Positions 1-9,839 of a stretch of 64,000 nt of DNA are shown here, in pieces. Source of the stretch: a virus (Duplodnaviria; Heunggongvirae; Uroviricota; Caudoviricetes); the IMG/VR virus record IMGVR_UViG_3300028805_000083, positions 37,572 through 101,571 of that record; one strand, 5' to 3'. Numbering within the stretch: the stretch's first letter is position 1; each line of letters starts with the position of its first letter. A program made the translations under genes and the position numbers. The notes under the pieces are model-generated. The model worked only from the letters and a program-made list of their open reading frames with translations. It was not told the DNA's origin and did no database searches.

Positions 1-655
1 AATTGTAGAGTTTTCTAATATTTCCTCTACCGCTATATTCCATTGTACAAATATGCTTAGTTGTGTTGTTGTTTGGATTTTTAGCTTTGGAAAAATTAAG
101 TTTCGTTTTTTTTAATTTTATTTCTTCTATTAAAAAATTTTGAAATGCTAAAACGAATTCTTCGTTTCCAGTGTATGTAAATTTCACATTATGTATGATT
201 TTTTCTCTTGTTTCGTTTATGGTTTTTTCTTTTTTAATTACCATTTTTTTACGTTTTCCATTCCAAATACACCCATCACCATCAAATAAACCCCTAATGA
301 AATGCGGCATTAATTTTTTTTCTATTGAATTAGGAAATTGTAAAATCAATGATTTATTAGGCGTAACTCCTAATTTAATTAAATCATCATACATTTTTTT
401 ACTAACAACACTAAAATAATAAAACATTTTACTGCCATTTAGTGTTGAGTGTATTTTAGATTCAGAACCTAAAATCTTGTGTAATTTATACACTAACTCT
501 TTTCTTTCCTCTTGCTGCCCAAAGGTAATATACCAACTGTACTTGTCACGATGAATATTACCATCTGAGTAAATTAATCCAAGCGCATAAGCTTTTTCTT
601 CACAATCAATGTTTTCAAAAAATGAATCTTTTAATTTATATTTCCTTGTACTCAT
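1..655 (-). mobile_element. LAGLIDADG homing endonuclease, 5' part. The ORF runs off the window start and was not in the ORF track because it has no in-window stop.
   Basis: Hand translation from the ATG at 655-653 gives MSTRKYKLKDSFFENIDCEEKAYALGLIYSDGNIHRDKYSWYITFGQQ...FIRGLFDGDGCIWNGKRKKM. It carries two LAGLIDADG-type motifs, LGLIYSDGN and GLFDGDGCI. Confidence 0.7.
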
Positions 656-710
656 AATATAATCGTTTTACATATTATAAATATATGGAAATCACCAAAA
701 GATTACCAAA

Positions 711-929
711 TCAGAAAAAATATTTATGATTTCCAGCAACGAATAAAACCTTTTCACAAGGTAAATTGGTACACCAAGGTATGAATACTGTTTTAAACCA
801 TTTCTCTGATGGCGTACTATAGCTTTGTATATTAAGCGGAACAATATCCCCACCAATCAAAACTATATCGCATGGCTCAACTTTAAAATCCAATTGCCCA
901 TGCATGTCTGAGAATGCACATATTTTCAT
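711..929 (-). CDS. Calcineurin-like metallophosphoesterase, N-terminal fragment. It ends right after the GNH motif and may be interrupted by the downstream homing endonuclease.
   Basis: CAFSDMHG (DxH motif), GGD and AGNH motifs are present. At 72 aa it is too short for a full phosphoesterase. A TGA stop sits 55 nt upstream of the LAGLIDADG start. Confidence 0.55.
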   Translation of the reverse strand: MKICAFSDMHGQLDFKVEPCDIVLIGGDIVPLNIQSYSTPSEKWFKTVFIPWCTNLPCEKVLFVAGNHKYFF

Positions 930-985
930 TTTTTTAAGCTTTTTGGCAAAGATATATAAAATATTTTAAAATTCCAAATTATTCT

Positions 986-1369
986 CTACATTCTAATATG
1001 TATGATATATGCTCTATTATCCTTCACGTCTATTGTTATTTTAGGAGAAACTTTAATTTCTGTCATTATTTTGGCATAAAATAAGTTCATAATATCTAGA
1101 ACAATATCAGACAGTATTGATATTGGATTCCACATAATTGGGTGAAATGAAACGAATCTTTTTGTCTTTCTACCAAACCAAAAATTAGCAGACCTTACTT
1201 CATACTGATAGAATCTAACTTGAAAACATCCAAGCAGATAGAATACAAACAGTACGAAACGATAGAACGTTTCCGTTTCTCCATACCATATTATCCTAAT
1301 GCAATCAGCAAATCTAGGCATTAAGAATCCTTCCTCCAATATGTTTTTATCTAAATCATCTATAAGCAT
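986..1369 (-). CDS. hypothetical protein
   Basis: ORF of 127 aa with a promoter motif upstream at 1386-1394. It ends with a TAG stop. Confidence 0.4.
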   Translation of the reverse strand: MLIDDLDKNILEEGFLMPRFADCIRIIWYGETETFYRFVLFVFYLLGCFQVRFYQYEVRSANFWFGRKTKRFVSFHPIMWNPISILSDIVLDIMNLFYAKIMTEIKVSPKITIDVKDNRAYIIHIRM

Positions 1370-1385
1370 AATACATAGTTTTTAT

Positions 1386-1430
1386 GCAAATATATAAAAA
1401 AAAATTCGAGAAGCAAAATACCTCTCGAAT
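1386..1430 (-). promoter_or_regulatory. Composite terminator-promoter cassette
   Basis: Minus strand reads ATTCGAGAGGTATTTTGCTTCTCGAAT, then a T9 tract, then ATATATTTGCA. Confidence 0.5.
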
Positions 1431-1443
1431 CTTTTAACATTTA

Positions 1444-1698
1444 TTAATCTTCTACTTCAATTATAATTCTACACTTTTTAGGCTTGTTCCTAAATGTTAT
1501 GTTTGGAAACTTCTCTGCTGGCACATAAATCTGATTTCTCTTAAATGCCTCATAGTCATCACTTGGCGGTACATACCCACCATGTGATTTCTTAATAGGA
1601 GGACTATGATAACCAGTCCAAACTATACATCCACGTTCAGCGAACCCATATTGTGCTGAATCCCTTGTTATATAACAATCTTCAATAACTTCTCTCAT
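1444..1698 (-). CDS. hypothetical protein
   Basis: ORF of 84 aa, tightly packed with the downstream ORF. Confidence 0.4.
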   Translation of the reverse strand: MREVIEDCYITRDSAQYGFAERGCIVWTGYHSPPIKKSHGGYVPPSDDYEAFKRNQIYVPAEKFPNITFRNKPKKCRIIIEVED

Positions 1699-1699
1699 A

Positions 1700-2281
1700 T
1701 TACTTAATTGTTATATATTTAGTTTTATAAAATTTCATTGCATCTTCTATTGGAATAGTTACCTTTGTTGGAATATCTACTTCTTTCAAGCACCAACAAG
1801 CACATTTTACTGGCTCCTTGTATGTCCAATGTTTGCATTGACATTCCCTACATTTTGGTGCTGGATGTCCTACCTTGCAAATATGGTTTTCTGCAACAAA
1901 AGGCTCATCATTATGGTATTTTTTCCAATTTTCTTCACATTCTTTTAAGCTACTTTCCTCATAATCTTCATGGCCGCAAGTAAAGTTAGATAGGAAAAAT
2001 AGATTACCAATTTTATTGTCTATTTTTTTCTTGATGCTAGACAATCTAAGGTTTTTTTTCTCGTCAGAAAGACCTTCCACCCATCCATTACGTATGTAGG
2101 CTTCCTCTTGATATGAATCATACCAAGATAAACATCTGTTATCGTGTGGTGCTCCAATAAGGAAAGCATATTCCACGTAATAACCGTTTTTATCTTTTCT
2201 TAAGTAGACATATTTATGTAAAGTATTGCTTAACATAGCAGCAAACTTTATCTTCTCTATTTCTATGTTTGTAAAATTCAT
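1700..2281 (-). CDS. hypothetical Cys-rich protein
   Basis: 193 aa with a C-terminal Cys/His cluster, CKVGHPAPKCRECQCKHW...CACWC. Confidence 0.45.
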   Translation of the reverse strand: MNFTNIEIEKIKFAAMLSNTLHKYVYLRKDKNGYYVEYAFLIGAPHDNRCLSWYDSYQEEAYIRNGWVEGLSDEKKNLRLSSIKKKIDNKIGNLFFLSNFTCGHEDYEESSLKECEENWKKYHNDEPFVAENHICKVGHPAPKCRECQCKHWTYKEPVKCACWCLKEVDIPTKVTIPIEDAMKFYKTKYITIK

Positions 2282-2440
2282 AACTTAATATTATTTTAAT
2301 TTCTTAGAATAATTTATACAGCCACGTTTACACACTATGTCTCTTTCGTCATAATAATATACGCAACCACAACATTCGTAACTACGGTTTAGTTCACACT
2401 CTTTATCAATTTTACCACTGTCAACATTATTTGTCATTTT

Positions 2441-2758
2441 TTATAACGTGCCATTATTTTTATCTTTTAATAGTTTGATTGATTTATTTATTTTTTCAAG
2501 AGCCCAGCTTATATTCAAATTTTGTTTATGACCTCTAAGCAAATATTTAGCAGTGTTTAACAGCTCAATTATTTCTTGGTTATCTTCAATTAGTTCCCAT
2601 TCGTCTTCTGCCTCAAATGGAAGAAGCCAATTTATTAGCTTACATTCTATTACATAAGAAGCGTCAAGAACATCTGTTATAAGATACACCGAACCATTAT
2701 ATTTGTTGCGAATGTGTTGCCCTTTTTTAAACTTTGCCATATTATTATATTTATTCAT
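2441..2758 (-). CDS. hypothetical protein
   Basis: ORF of 105 aa. Confidence 0.4.
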   Translation of the reverse strand: MNKYNNMAKFKKGQHIRNKYNGSVYLITDVLDASYVIECKLINWLLPFEAEDEWELIEDNQEIIELLNTAKYLLRGHKQNLNISWALEKINKSIKLLKDKNNGTL

Positions 2759-3128
2759 TTAACATTGCGATACAGAAATCCTTAACGGCTTGTTCATCAT
2801 CGAAATCAGACCATTCATCTGATTCATAATAATCTGTTAAGTGGTATTGAAGCCATCTACGAGCATCAGATAATTTAATGACAGCATCATTATGCAATGC
2901 ATTATATTCTTTTACTCTAATGTCATTATCATCAAGAAGGTCTTTTTCTGTTAGAACAAGATTATCCCAATATGATGGGTTAATCAATGTCTCTCCATCA
3001 ATTTCAACTAACTCTTTTATTCTATCTATTTGGAAAGAGCCGTGAAAATCAAAAAATATTAAATCGCCAACTTTTCTGTCCATTGTTTCTTTTTGATGCA
3101 AATATACGAAAAAAAGTTGAACTGACAA
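2751..3128 (-). CDS. hypothetical acidic protein
   Basis: ORF of 125 aa. A promoter and an operator-like palindrome lie at 3098-3150. Confidence 0.45.
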   Translation of the reverse strand: MSVQLFFVYLHQKETMDRKVGDLIFFDFHGSFQIDRIKELVEIDGETLINPSYWDNLVLTEKDLLDDNDIRVKEYNALHNDAVIKLSDARRWLQYHLTDYYESDEWSDFDDEQAVKDFCIAMLNE

Positions 3129-3322
3129 AACATCAATTCAACTTTTAATATTGTTTAACATTTTTATTGAGGCTCGTATTGGATTTGCACCAATGTAGAA
3201 CGTTTTTGCAGAACGACCGCTTACTACTCACGCAACGAGCCATTTAAAGAAGCCTAGTCTATTTTCACAAACGGAACTAGGCAATGTACCAATCAATATG
3301 AACAATTTTTTTTTTAAGATAA

Positions 3323-3997
3323 TTATTCGCTTTTAGGAGTTCTACGAACAAAACGTCCGTTCTTATCCCTACCCATCATTTTGGCATATTTGTTACCATT
3401 CTGATTGAGTTTCTGGGCGAGTTTACTTGAAATGTGAGTCATTGTTTCCTCATCATTTGAGGGAGTTGTCTCTTCAGCAGCTTTCTTAGCAGCCTTTTTT
3501 CTCACCGTCTTTTTCTTAGGTTTTTCAGTTGGTGCTGCCTCTTCCTTAATAGGCTCAATCACCTTTTTAGGAATCGTTACTGTAGCTGTCTTCAGAGTGC
3601 TGTTTGAAGTGAAGCTTACTTGCTCCAAGTCACAGTTAGTCGGAATAACTACAGAAGTCTTGTTGCTTCTTGTCTGTGATACGTCAGCATATGAAACCTC
3701 AATTTCTAGATTTCCGTCCTTTACCTCGTATGAAATCTTCTCACCGATGGACTCGTCAAAAGGAACTGTCACTGAGAAATCGGTAAGGCTTTCCTTAACT
3801 TGCTTCAAGAGTTCAGCGAAGTCACCAAAGAGTTCATTACCCCTCTTGATAAGCTCCTTCTTCTTCTCATTGAAGTACTCAATCTGTGCGTTCATGTCGA
3901 ATGAATCAACAACATCGTTAAAACTCTCGATAAGACTTTTAGCTTGTGACGCACCATTGTCAATAAGACCTAAAAGTTTGCTTTTGAAATCTTTCAT
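3323..3997 (-). CDS. hypothetical protein with a lysine-rich C-terminal tail
   Basis: 224 aa with C-terminal KKKTVRKKAAKKAAEE and KYAKMMGRDKNGRFVRR. Confidence 0.45.
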   Translation of the reverse strand: MKDFKSKLLGLIDNGASQAKSLIESFNDVVDSFDMNAQIEYFNEKKKELIKRGNELFGDFAELLKQVKESLTDFSVTVPFDESIGEKISYEVKDGNLEIEVSYADVSQTRSNKTSVVIPTNCDLEQVSFTSNSTLKTATVTIPKKVIEPIKEEAAPTEKPKKKTVRKKAAKKAAEETTPSNDEETMTHISSKLAQKLNQNGNKYAKMMGRDKNGRFVRRTPKSE

Positions 3998-4185
3998 AAA
4001 TTTAAATATAAATATAACGTTAGAATATGTTTGCTAATATCAGTACCACTAATACTATGAATGTGACCAATCCTATTAGGTCAAACGTGCGATATAGTAG
4101 TATAGAAAAATCATCTTTTACCATAACTGTTGCAAAGATATAACTATTTTTTATAAAAACCAAATATATTAAAACTTTTTAACAA

Positions 4186-4872
4186 TTATTCTAGTCTCTT
4201 ACATTCCTCTTCACTGAAATTAGCATGAAGTTTGTTAATCCACCAGTTTGTTTTAACTTTACACATAGGTAGCTTCTGCCCTTTCATCAGTGTTGAACGT
4301 TTGATTACAACACCCTCTTTCACATTAGGGTACTGACAACCTTCTTGTGTCCAATCATTGTTGACAATTGAATTAACAAAATCCATGTCAAGTTTACCAA
4401 CGTAGATAACATCTGGAGTTTCAATTCTTTCATCCTTACAGAAAATGTCAATGAAGTCGTTAGGCTCAATATAACCTTTTTTCTTCAAGAACATATCAGT
4501 CATTGCAAGGTGCATTTTATCGTCATGTTGATGAAAACCAGCGAAACTGTTATCTCCGTACCACTCAAAGAACAGCGTTAGTTCTTCAATACCTTTGAAA
4601 ATACCCTTCTTACTAGAGTTATTAATGATTATTTGTCTAAGAACGTCCTCATAGTTTTTCTTAAAGAATTTAACAGCATTGCCAAATCCCTCAGTATCTT
4701 CATCAACTAATGTGTGCCTAGAGCCAAACAATGTAAACTGGTTCTTATTAGCACCTTTAGTGTTATATTTAACCCTAAAGTTCTGACCATCTAGCTTATT
4801 GAAAGCTACCACTTGCTCACCATGTAGTGTTTGGTCATCAAAAAATCTTGGTATGCTGTTATACTCTTTCAT
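4186..4872 (-). CDS. Putative nucleotidyltransferase-superfamily protein, possibly an RNA ligase with a KxDG motif
   Basis: Motif I-like AFNKLDGQNFRV, motif III-like FFEWYGDNSFAGF and motif IV-like LAMTDMFL resemble Rnl2-type ligases. Confidence 0.4.
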   Translation of the reverse strand: MKEYNSIPRFFDDQTLHGEQVVAFNKLDGQNFRVKYNTKGANKNQFTLFGSRHTLVDEDTEGFGNAVKFFKKNYEDVLRQIIINNSSKKGIFKGIEELTLFFEWYGDNSFAGFHQHDDKMHLAMTDMFLKKKGYIEPNDFIDIFCKDERIETPDVIYVGKLDMDFVNSIVNNDWTQEGCQYPNVKEGVVIKRSTLMKGQKLPMCKVKTNWWINKLHANFSEEECKRLE

Positions 4873-4968
4873 AATAAATGCGCAAGGATACTCCCACCTT
4901 TAGGTGGGGGAGGAATTGCGTTTTCCTCTTTTTTTAATTTAATTTTTTTATTAAATATTTGATATTTT

Positions 4969-5613
4969 TCAAAATGGCAATCTTCCTACAAAAGCTCCCA
5001 TAGTCTCTATGTCGTAGATATATTGGCTATCTTCCATTAGGGTAGACCATCTATAATTGGTCTCAAGATTAATTTTAAATTTTTCTATATAAGCTTTCCT
5101 TAGTGCTATGTAGGCATTATGCAGCATTTCGTTTACTTGCCCCATCACGCCAATCAAAGATACCCATGTAGAGTGTTTACCATTCAATGTTATTTTCAAT
5201 ACCACCCTATTGTCACTAAGGAAATTAAACTGAAATGCCATTTTTCCAGAATTAATCTGTTTTTCCATGAATTTCTTTGAAATCTCATTCAGTCCAATCT
5301 CCACTTCTTCAAAACACTCAATTTCATTTCCATCAAGAGAGTACAAAGACCCCATGTCATCGTATAGTGCTGTCTTTGAAAATGCTTGATATATTCTACC
5401 AAGTGTGAATCTTTTGGAAGCCTCATACGGAGATACATTTGGAATTATCATATTACCATTGCTATCATATGTAGAAATAGTATATGAGCCATATCCATAC
5501 ATGTTGCTGTTTCCATAATAAGCTGCGCCATTATACCAACTAGGCATTTGAAATAGTTGCTTTACTGGTATTTCTTTCGTCAGTTTATAAAAATGATTCT
5601 CAATAAATTCCAT
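4969..5613 (-). CDS. hypothetical protein
   Basis: ORF of 214 aa. Confidence 0.4.
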   Translation of the reverse strand: MEFIENHFYKLTKEIPVKQLFQMPSWYNGAAYYGNSNMYGYGSYTISTYDSNGNMIIPNVSPYEASKRFTLGRIYQAFSKTALYDDMGSLYSLDGNEIECFEEVEIGLNEISKKFMEKQINSGKMAFQFNFLSDNRVVLKITLNGKHSTWVSLIGVMGQVNEMLHNAYIALRKAYIEKFKINLETNYRWSTLMEDSQYIYDIETMGAFVGRLPF

Positions 5614-6154
5614 AACCGTCTAATGATTTGTATAGTTTGGTTTTAGTTAGCAAATTTTTTCTAGCTTCTCTATACGCTAGTCTCAAGCCATTCATTTTAT
5701 TCTTTGCCATTGCTTCTCCAACACCAGTGTTTTTAAAACCAACTACTGTAACCTTACAGCTATATAGAATCATGCTACCAATTTTTACTGATGGGATGAC
5801 AGAAACAGAACAACGGCACTCTTCACGCAACTTAGTTGCAATTGGCTCGATGTCTGAATTGTCAAATGGCACTTCCTCGAATTCATATCCACTAGCATCA
5901 CTAATGAATACAAGAGTCTCCATAGCATCTATCAATGCGCCATCTGTAGAACAACGGTATATATGACCCTCGTAGAATAATCCAACACAAGAATCAGCAT
6001 ATTCGTCATAGTTGTAATACCTTGGAAACCTACCACCCCTTTTATACTCCCTACCATAACTGTTTCCAAATACGGTAGAAATAAAAGAATTGATAGATTC
6101 GCTTGATGTATCTTTTTTCTTTATGCAGAGATAAAATTTTCCAGCTTTAAACAT
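5600..6154 (-). CDS. hypothetical protein
   Basis: ORF of 184 aa. Confidence 0.4.
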   Translation of the reverse strand: MFKAGKFYLCIKKKDTSSESINSFISTVFGNSYGREYKRGGRFPRYYNYDEYADSCVGLFYEGHIYRCSTDGALIDAMETLVFISDASGYEFEEVPFDNSDIEPIATKLREECRCSVSVIPSVKIGSMILYSCKVTVVGFKNTGVGEAMAKNKMNGLRLAYREARKNLLTKTKLYKSLDGYGIY

Positions 6155-7412
6155 AATATCTTATCTTCTTAAACGTATCAACCAACGGAGTCAGTTTAGC
6201 GTTTATTTTTTCCAACAATCTTTCATAATCTTCTATTGATAGCGACCATTTAAAATTACCGTCAGACTTATATATGTTTTCATTAATATACTCATTACCA
6301 ATTAGGAATATAGATAACCCTATATCAAGTAATAGAATGATTATGAATAGCGCAACAGTCTGTCCGTCAGACATTTCCACATCTATATAGTCAAAGTCTT
6401 TAAACTCTTTACGTTTCCAGAGCTTAATATTTTGCTCCAACCATTTGCAGTACCCCATTAGGTTTAGGGTAGGATGCTCTCTGAAATATCTCTTAGTAGC
6501 CACCTCTAGTTTTGGTGAATCGCACCATGAGAAGGGATTGCACCAATCAACCTTATGCGTTTTAGTATTATATCCCAAGCACAGAACAAACTCATTTTTG
6601 TTACCACCTTGCCAATAGGATTTCTGCTGCTCGGATATTACCAATGGTTTATCTTTGAACACAAGAATGTACATTCTGAATTGGTATATACCACCAAACG
6701 TAGCATTCAAGTATTTTATTTTCTTCTCAGTTAATCTATCAAGTCTAACCCCAAGTAATGATTTTTGGTCGTAGTCTTGAATCTCTGGGTATTCAAACAA
6801 CCCAAGTTCTTTTGCTTTCTCTTTGTCAATGTCCTCAAACCTAAATATAGACCTAGAGGCAATGACCTTGTTAGTGTAAGTGTGCCATGTAGTAAGCGTT
6901 CTACTGTTTTCAAACGTACCATCCCAATAGTAATCTTGTGCATCACCATCCTTTGTATAGTAATGACGATGCATGTCAACGAATACCATTTTTGGATAGC
7001 CTAATTCAGCCATAGCACGGTCAAATTCTGCCTTGTCACAGAAGTAATGCTCGCTGCCATAGTTATCGGTATATGTCCACCTTTCTGGGTGGTAATCCCT
7101 ATATGAACAATCATATGTCTCAGTACGATAAATGGTGTTACCTTTACTATCTCTACCTGCAGGAACTCGTCTGGTGCATGTCTTATGAACCCATTCATCC
7201 CAATCGTCATAGTGGCGAATCTTTGTCATATAGCTGCCCCAATACTCTGTATCACTCTCATTGATGGATACAAATATCCCCCTAAACATTAAGGTGAATA
7301 ATATTGAAATAACTATCAATCCAATATACTCAAACCACGTCACTTGATTTCTAAAGAATATCAAAAGCAATACTGCAATGATAAATGGTAGTGAATAGAT
7401 AAGAATTAGCAT
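6147..7412 (-). CDS. hypothetical membrane protein
   Basis: 421 aa with hydrophobic N-terminal segments and a further transmembrane segment near residue 340. Confidence 0.45.
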   Translation of the reverse strand: MLILIYSLPFIIAVLLLIFFRNQVTWFEYIGLIVISILFTLMFRGIFVSINESDTEYWGSYMTKIRHYDDWDEWVHKTCTRRVPAGRDSKGNTIYRTETYDCSYRDYHPERWTYTDNYGSEHYFCDKAEFDRAMAELGYPKMVFVDMHRHYYTKDGDAQDYYWDGTFENSRTLTTWHTYTNKVIASRSIFRFEDIDKEKAKELGLFEYPEIQDYDQKSLLGVRLDRLTEKKIKYLNATFGGIYQFRMYILVFKDKPLVISEQQKSYWQGGNKNEFVLCLGYNTKTHKVDWCNPFSWCDSPKLEVATKRYFREHPTLNLMGYCKWLEQNIKLWKRKEFKDFDYIDVEMSDGQTVALFIIILLLDIGLSIFLIGNEYINENIYKSDGNFKWSLSIEDYERLLEKINAKLTPLVDTFKKIRYYV

Positions 7413-7834
7413 CTTTTTTTGTTAAATATTAATTGGGTTTTCTTTGTAATTGGGTCTATTATAATGTATCTAGACATTTCTTCATCGGTTCTGTCGGAAA
7501 GGTATTGCCTTGTGACTGGATGGATGTTATACCCCTCAAATCCCATTTTTTTAATCCAATAGGCAAACCGATAATATATAGGAACCCCCATATGATATGT
7601 TACACCGTCTCTCTTACTTAGCCTATCTGCTACAAATTGAGTAAAAGTGGTATTCCCTAACATATAGTCAACATGCCTCACATCAGACCAATGCTTTTTT
7701 GTGAATCTTCTACCTATTTTAATTTGTAGGTAAAAGTATTCTTGCCATAATGGTAATAGTCCTGTTTCCTTAAGGAATCTCAGGACTATTCTCATATTTT
7801 TTCTGTTTACTTTAAAGGTTTTCTTTTCCATCAC
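7406..7834 (-). CDS. hypothetical protein
   Basis: ORF of 142 aa. Confidence 0.4.
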   Translation of the reverse strand: MMEKKTFKVNRKNMRIVLRFLKETGLLPLWQEYFYLQIKIGRRFTKKHWSDVRHVDYMLGNTTFTQFVADRLSKRDGVTYHMGVPIYYRFAYWIKKMGFEGYNIHPVTRQYLSDRTDEEMSRYIIIDPITKKTQLIFNKKRC

Positions 7835-8385
7835 TTCTTGAACAAATCCACGTTATCATCAATACCAGTCTCCATTGTCTGTTTGCTCTTCGTTGATGAA
7901 ATAATCGTGTATTCAATCTCTGAAGTGTTACTGATGAACCAACATCCTGGATATGTCTTACACAGCGTACTATGCTCTCGTTTAATGTCAATCATGCGCT
8001 CTTGGGCTTTCATAAACTGTGTACGCTGCACCTCAATAGCATCCATCAAGTCTTTGTATAGACTAGTGTCAAAATTGGGGTTAGCCTCTGTAATCCATTT
8101 CATCAACGAACCATCACCTTGAGAGTAACGTCCACTTATGATGTGGGTATAGATGGAATCAAACCCAGCACGGTACTCGTTTGACACTTGAGCCTTCTGT
8201 GAGATAATCTTCCACATGGCATCATGGACACCTTCTACCTTGCCACGCTGTGCTTCAGCTTGCTCACGCAGACCAACTTCTTTGTTGTTGTAGGAGAAAT
8301 AACTTCCTACAGTGGTAATAACTGCCAAGCCAAAGATAACCACAATGGCAATAACCACAATTGTTTTAATACTTACGTTGCTCAT
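7831..8385 (-). CDS. LemA-like membrane protein
   Basis: N-terminal transmembrane segment followed by a coiled-coil region. Size and layout resemble the LemA family. Confidence 0.3.
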   Translation of the reverse strand: MSNVSIKTIVVIAIVVIFGLAVITTVGSYFSYNNKEVGLREQAEAQRGKVEGVHDAMWKIISQKAQVSNEYRAGFDSIYTHIISGRYSQGDGSLMKWITEANPNFDTSLYKDLMDAIEVQRTQFMKAQERMIDIKREHSTLCKTYPGCWFISNTSEIEYTIISSTKSKQTMETGIDDNVDLFKK

Positions 8386-8428
8386 TTACTTTTTTTTTCT
8401 AAAAATTAATTTTGCTTTGAATATAAAA

Positions 8429-8902
8429 CTAATAACCGCAACCATAAGACCTAACCTTTCTCCATGTATATTCTCCAAATGAATCTCTCAAGTAAAGCTC
8501 TGGAAACATAAACCTATCAATTTTAAACGCATAGGTACTACCATCCCTAGTGAACTTTATGTAGCCACCAACATACGAATATGTGTATGTGTCAGTAAAC
8601 CAATCTGGGTCTCTTCCCTCTGAATAGGTGATGTCACACAAACGATTGTTGAAGAACTTGATTTCCTTGATTGTTTTGCGACCAATGGTGGTGTTATACT
8701 CACACTGCCATGTTCCTAACAAAGTTTCAGCGCAGAAATAGTCACTACCATTGTATTTAACGTTGTTTCTATTACAAGTGCAATAGTAATCCAACTCGCC
8801 ACACACAGGACAATAGCAACAGTTACATGATGTAAGAGCTACGATTGCAATCAGCATTAAAATAACTTTCTTCATACTTTGATACATTTTATTGTAATGC
8901 AA
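8429..8902 (-). CDS. Cys-rich lipoprotein
   Basis: Lipoprotein signal MKKVILMLIAIVALTSC followed by many Cys residues. Confidence 0.5.
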   Translation of the reverse strand: MHYNKMYQSMKKVILMLIAIVALTSCNCCYCPVCGELDYYCTCNRNNVKYNGSDYFCAETLLGTWQCEYNTTIGRKTIKEIKFFNNRLCDITYSEGRDPDWFTDTYTYSYVGGYIKFTRDGSTYAFKIDRFMFPELYLRDSFGEYTWRKVRSYGCGY

Positions 8903-8970
8903 AGATACGAAATAAACTTGTAATAACCAAATATATTAAGAAAATTTAACTACAATACATTCTAGTTTCG

Positions 8971-9486
8971 TTAGCTTTCTGTATTTTCAGCAATTATTCT
9001 TTCTCTAACCTCGTCAAGAACCTTACCTAGCAAGTTCTGACCTCTCCAATTCTTTTCATCATCAATTAATTGGTTATTTTGATGTAACCCTACACCATAT
9101 ATACAATCCACTGGAGACGCTTCAACAAAACTCTTTCCCATGTATCTCTCACCTAGCAAAGCCTCTTGGAGTTTAGGACACTTGGTATATTTAAGATAGT
9201 TTGCATCAAGCATGACTTGATAACGTTTCTCATTCCAAACTTTATCATCATAGTTCTTAACCTCCCTACCCAATGCCTTTGCAACTTTGGGGTCTTTACC
9301 ATCTTTGATTATTCTCTCAGCTATTTCATCGTCACCAAATGTCTTGGCTTTAACGAACATGAAATACTGTTCCGCATTGTGGAACTCGTGCTCTTTACCC
9401 TCATACTCAGCAGTAAAAATTGAAGGATGCCAATTTGAAGGCCATCCACTCCAGAAAAATACGTGTTTGTCTGTAACTCTAATCAT
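8971..9486 (-). CDS. NADAR domain protein (YbiA/DUF1768 family)
   Basis: FFWSGWPSNW, AEQYFMFVKAKTFGD, AKALGREV, EASPVDCIYGVG match the conserved blocks of the NADAR family. Confidence 0.7.
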   Translation of the reverse strand: MIRVTDKHVFFWSGWPSNWHPSIFTAEYEGKEHEFHNAEQYFMFVKAKTFGDDEIAERIIKDGKDPKVAKALGREVKNYDDKVWNEKRYQVMLDANYLKYTKCPKLQEALLGERYMGKSFVEASPVDCIYGVGLHQNNQLIDDEKNWRGQNLLGKVLDEVRERIIAENTES

Positions 9487-9839
9487 AGTTTTTCGATATT
9501 TTTTGTTTTTTTATTATATTTGTAACCGTTTTCTTTTAGCCTATTAATTAATTCTGTCATTTCAGAAAAAGTTGGTTTTCTTATCGTACTTGTTTTATGT
9601 TTTTCTATTAAATCTATTAGGTAACCAATGGACAAATTAATTCCAACTTCAAGAGTATTTGAAAGGTCTATCGAAACCATAACTGGTATCGAATAGCAAA
9701 TATATCCATTACCGCTTGATATAGATGGGTTAGAACCACTAGCAATAAAAATTATATAATCCCTTTCAAATAGATACGGCTCAAGATTGTTACATTTTAT
9801 AACTAAAATATCACCACGTTTTATATCAAATATTTCCAT
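9483..9839 (-). CDS. hypothetical protein
   Basis: ORF of 118 aa. Confidence 0.4.
   Translation of the reverse strand: MEIFDIKRGDILVIKCNNLEPYLFERDYIIFIASGSNPSISSGNGYICYSIPVMVSIDLSNTLEVGINLSIGYLIDLIEKHKTSTIRKPTFSEMTELINRLKENGYKYNKKTKNIEKL

Noticed and set aside
171-419. Plus-strand ORF of 82 aa
   Set aside because: It lies entirely inside the minus-strand LAGLIDADG gene. It has hydrophobic low-complexity translation and no promoter. It was treated as an antisense artefact. The same reasoning applies to the other short plus-strand ORFs that overlap minus-strand genes, for example 1765-1983, 3597-4037, 5628-5966, 6765-7004, 18822-19130, 21926-22261, 28121-28708, 37213-37461 and 45199-45522.
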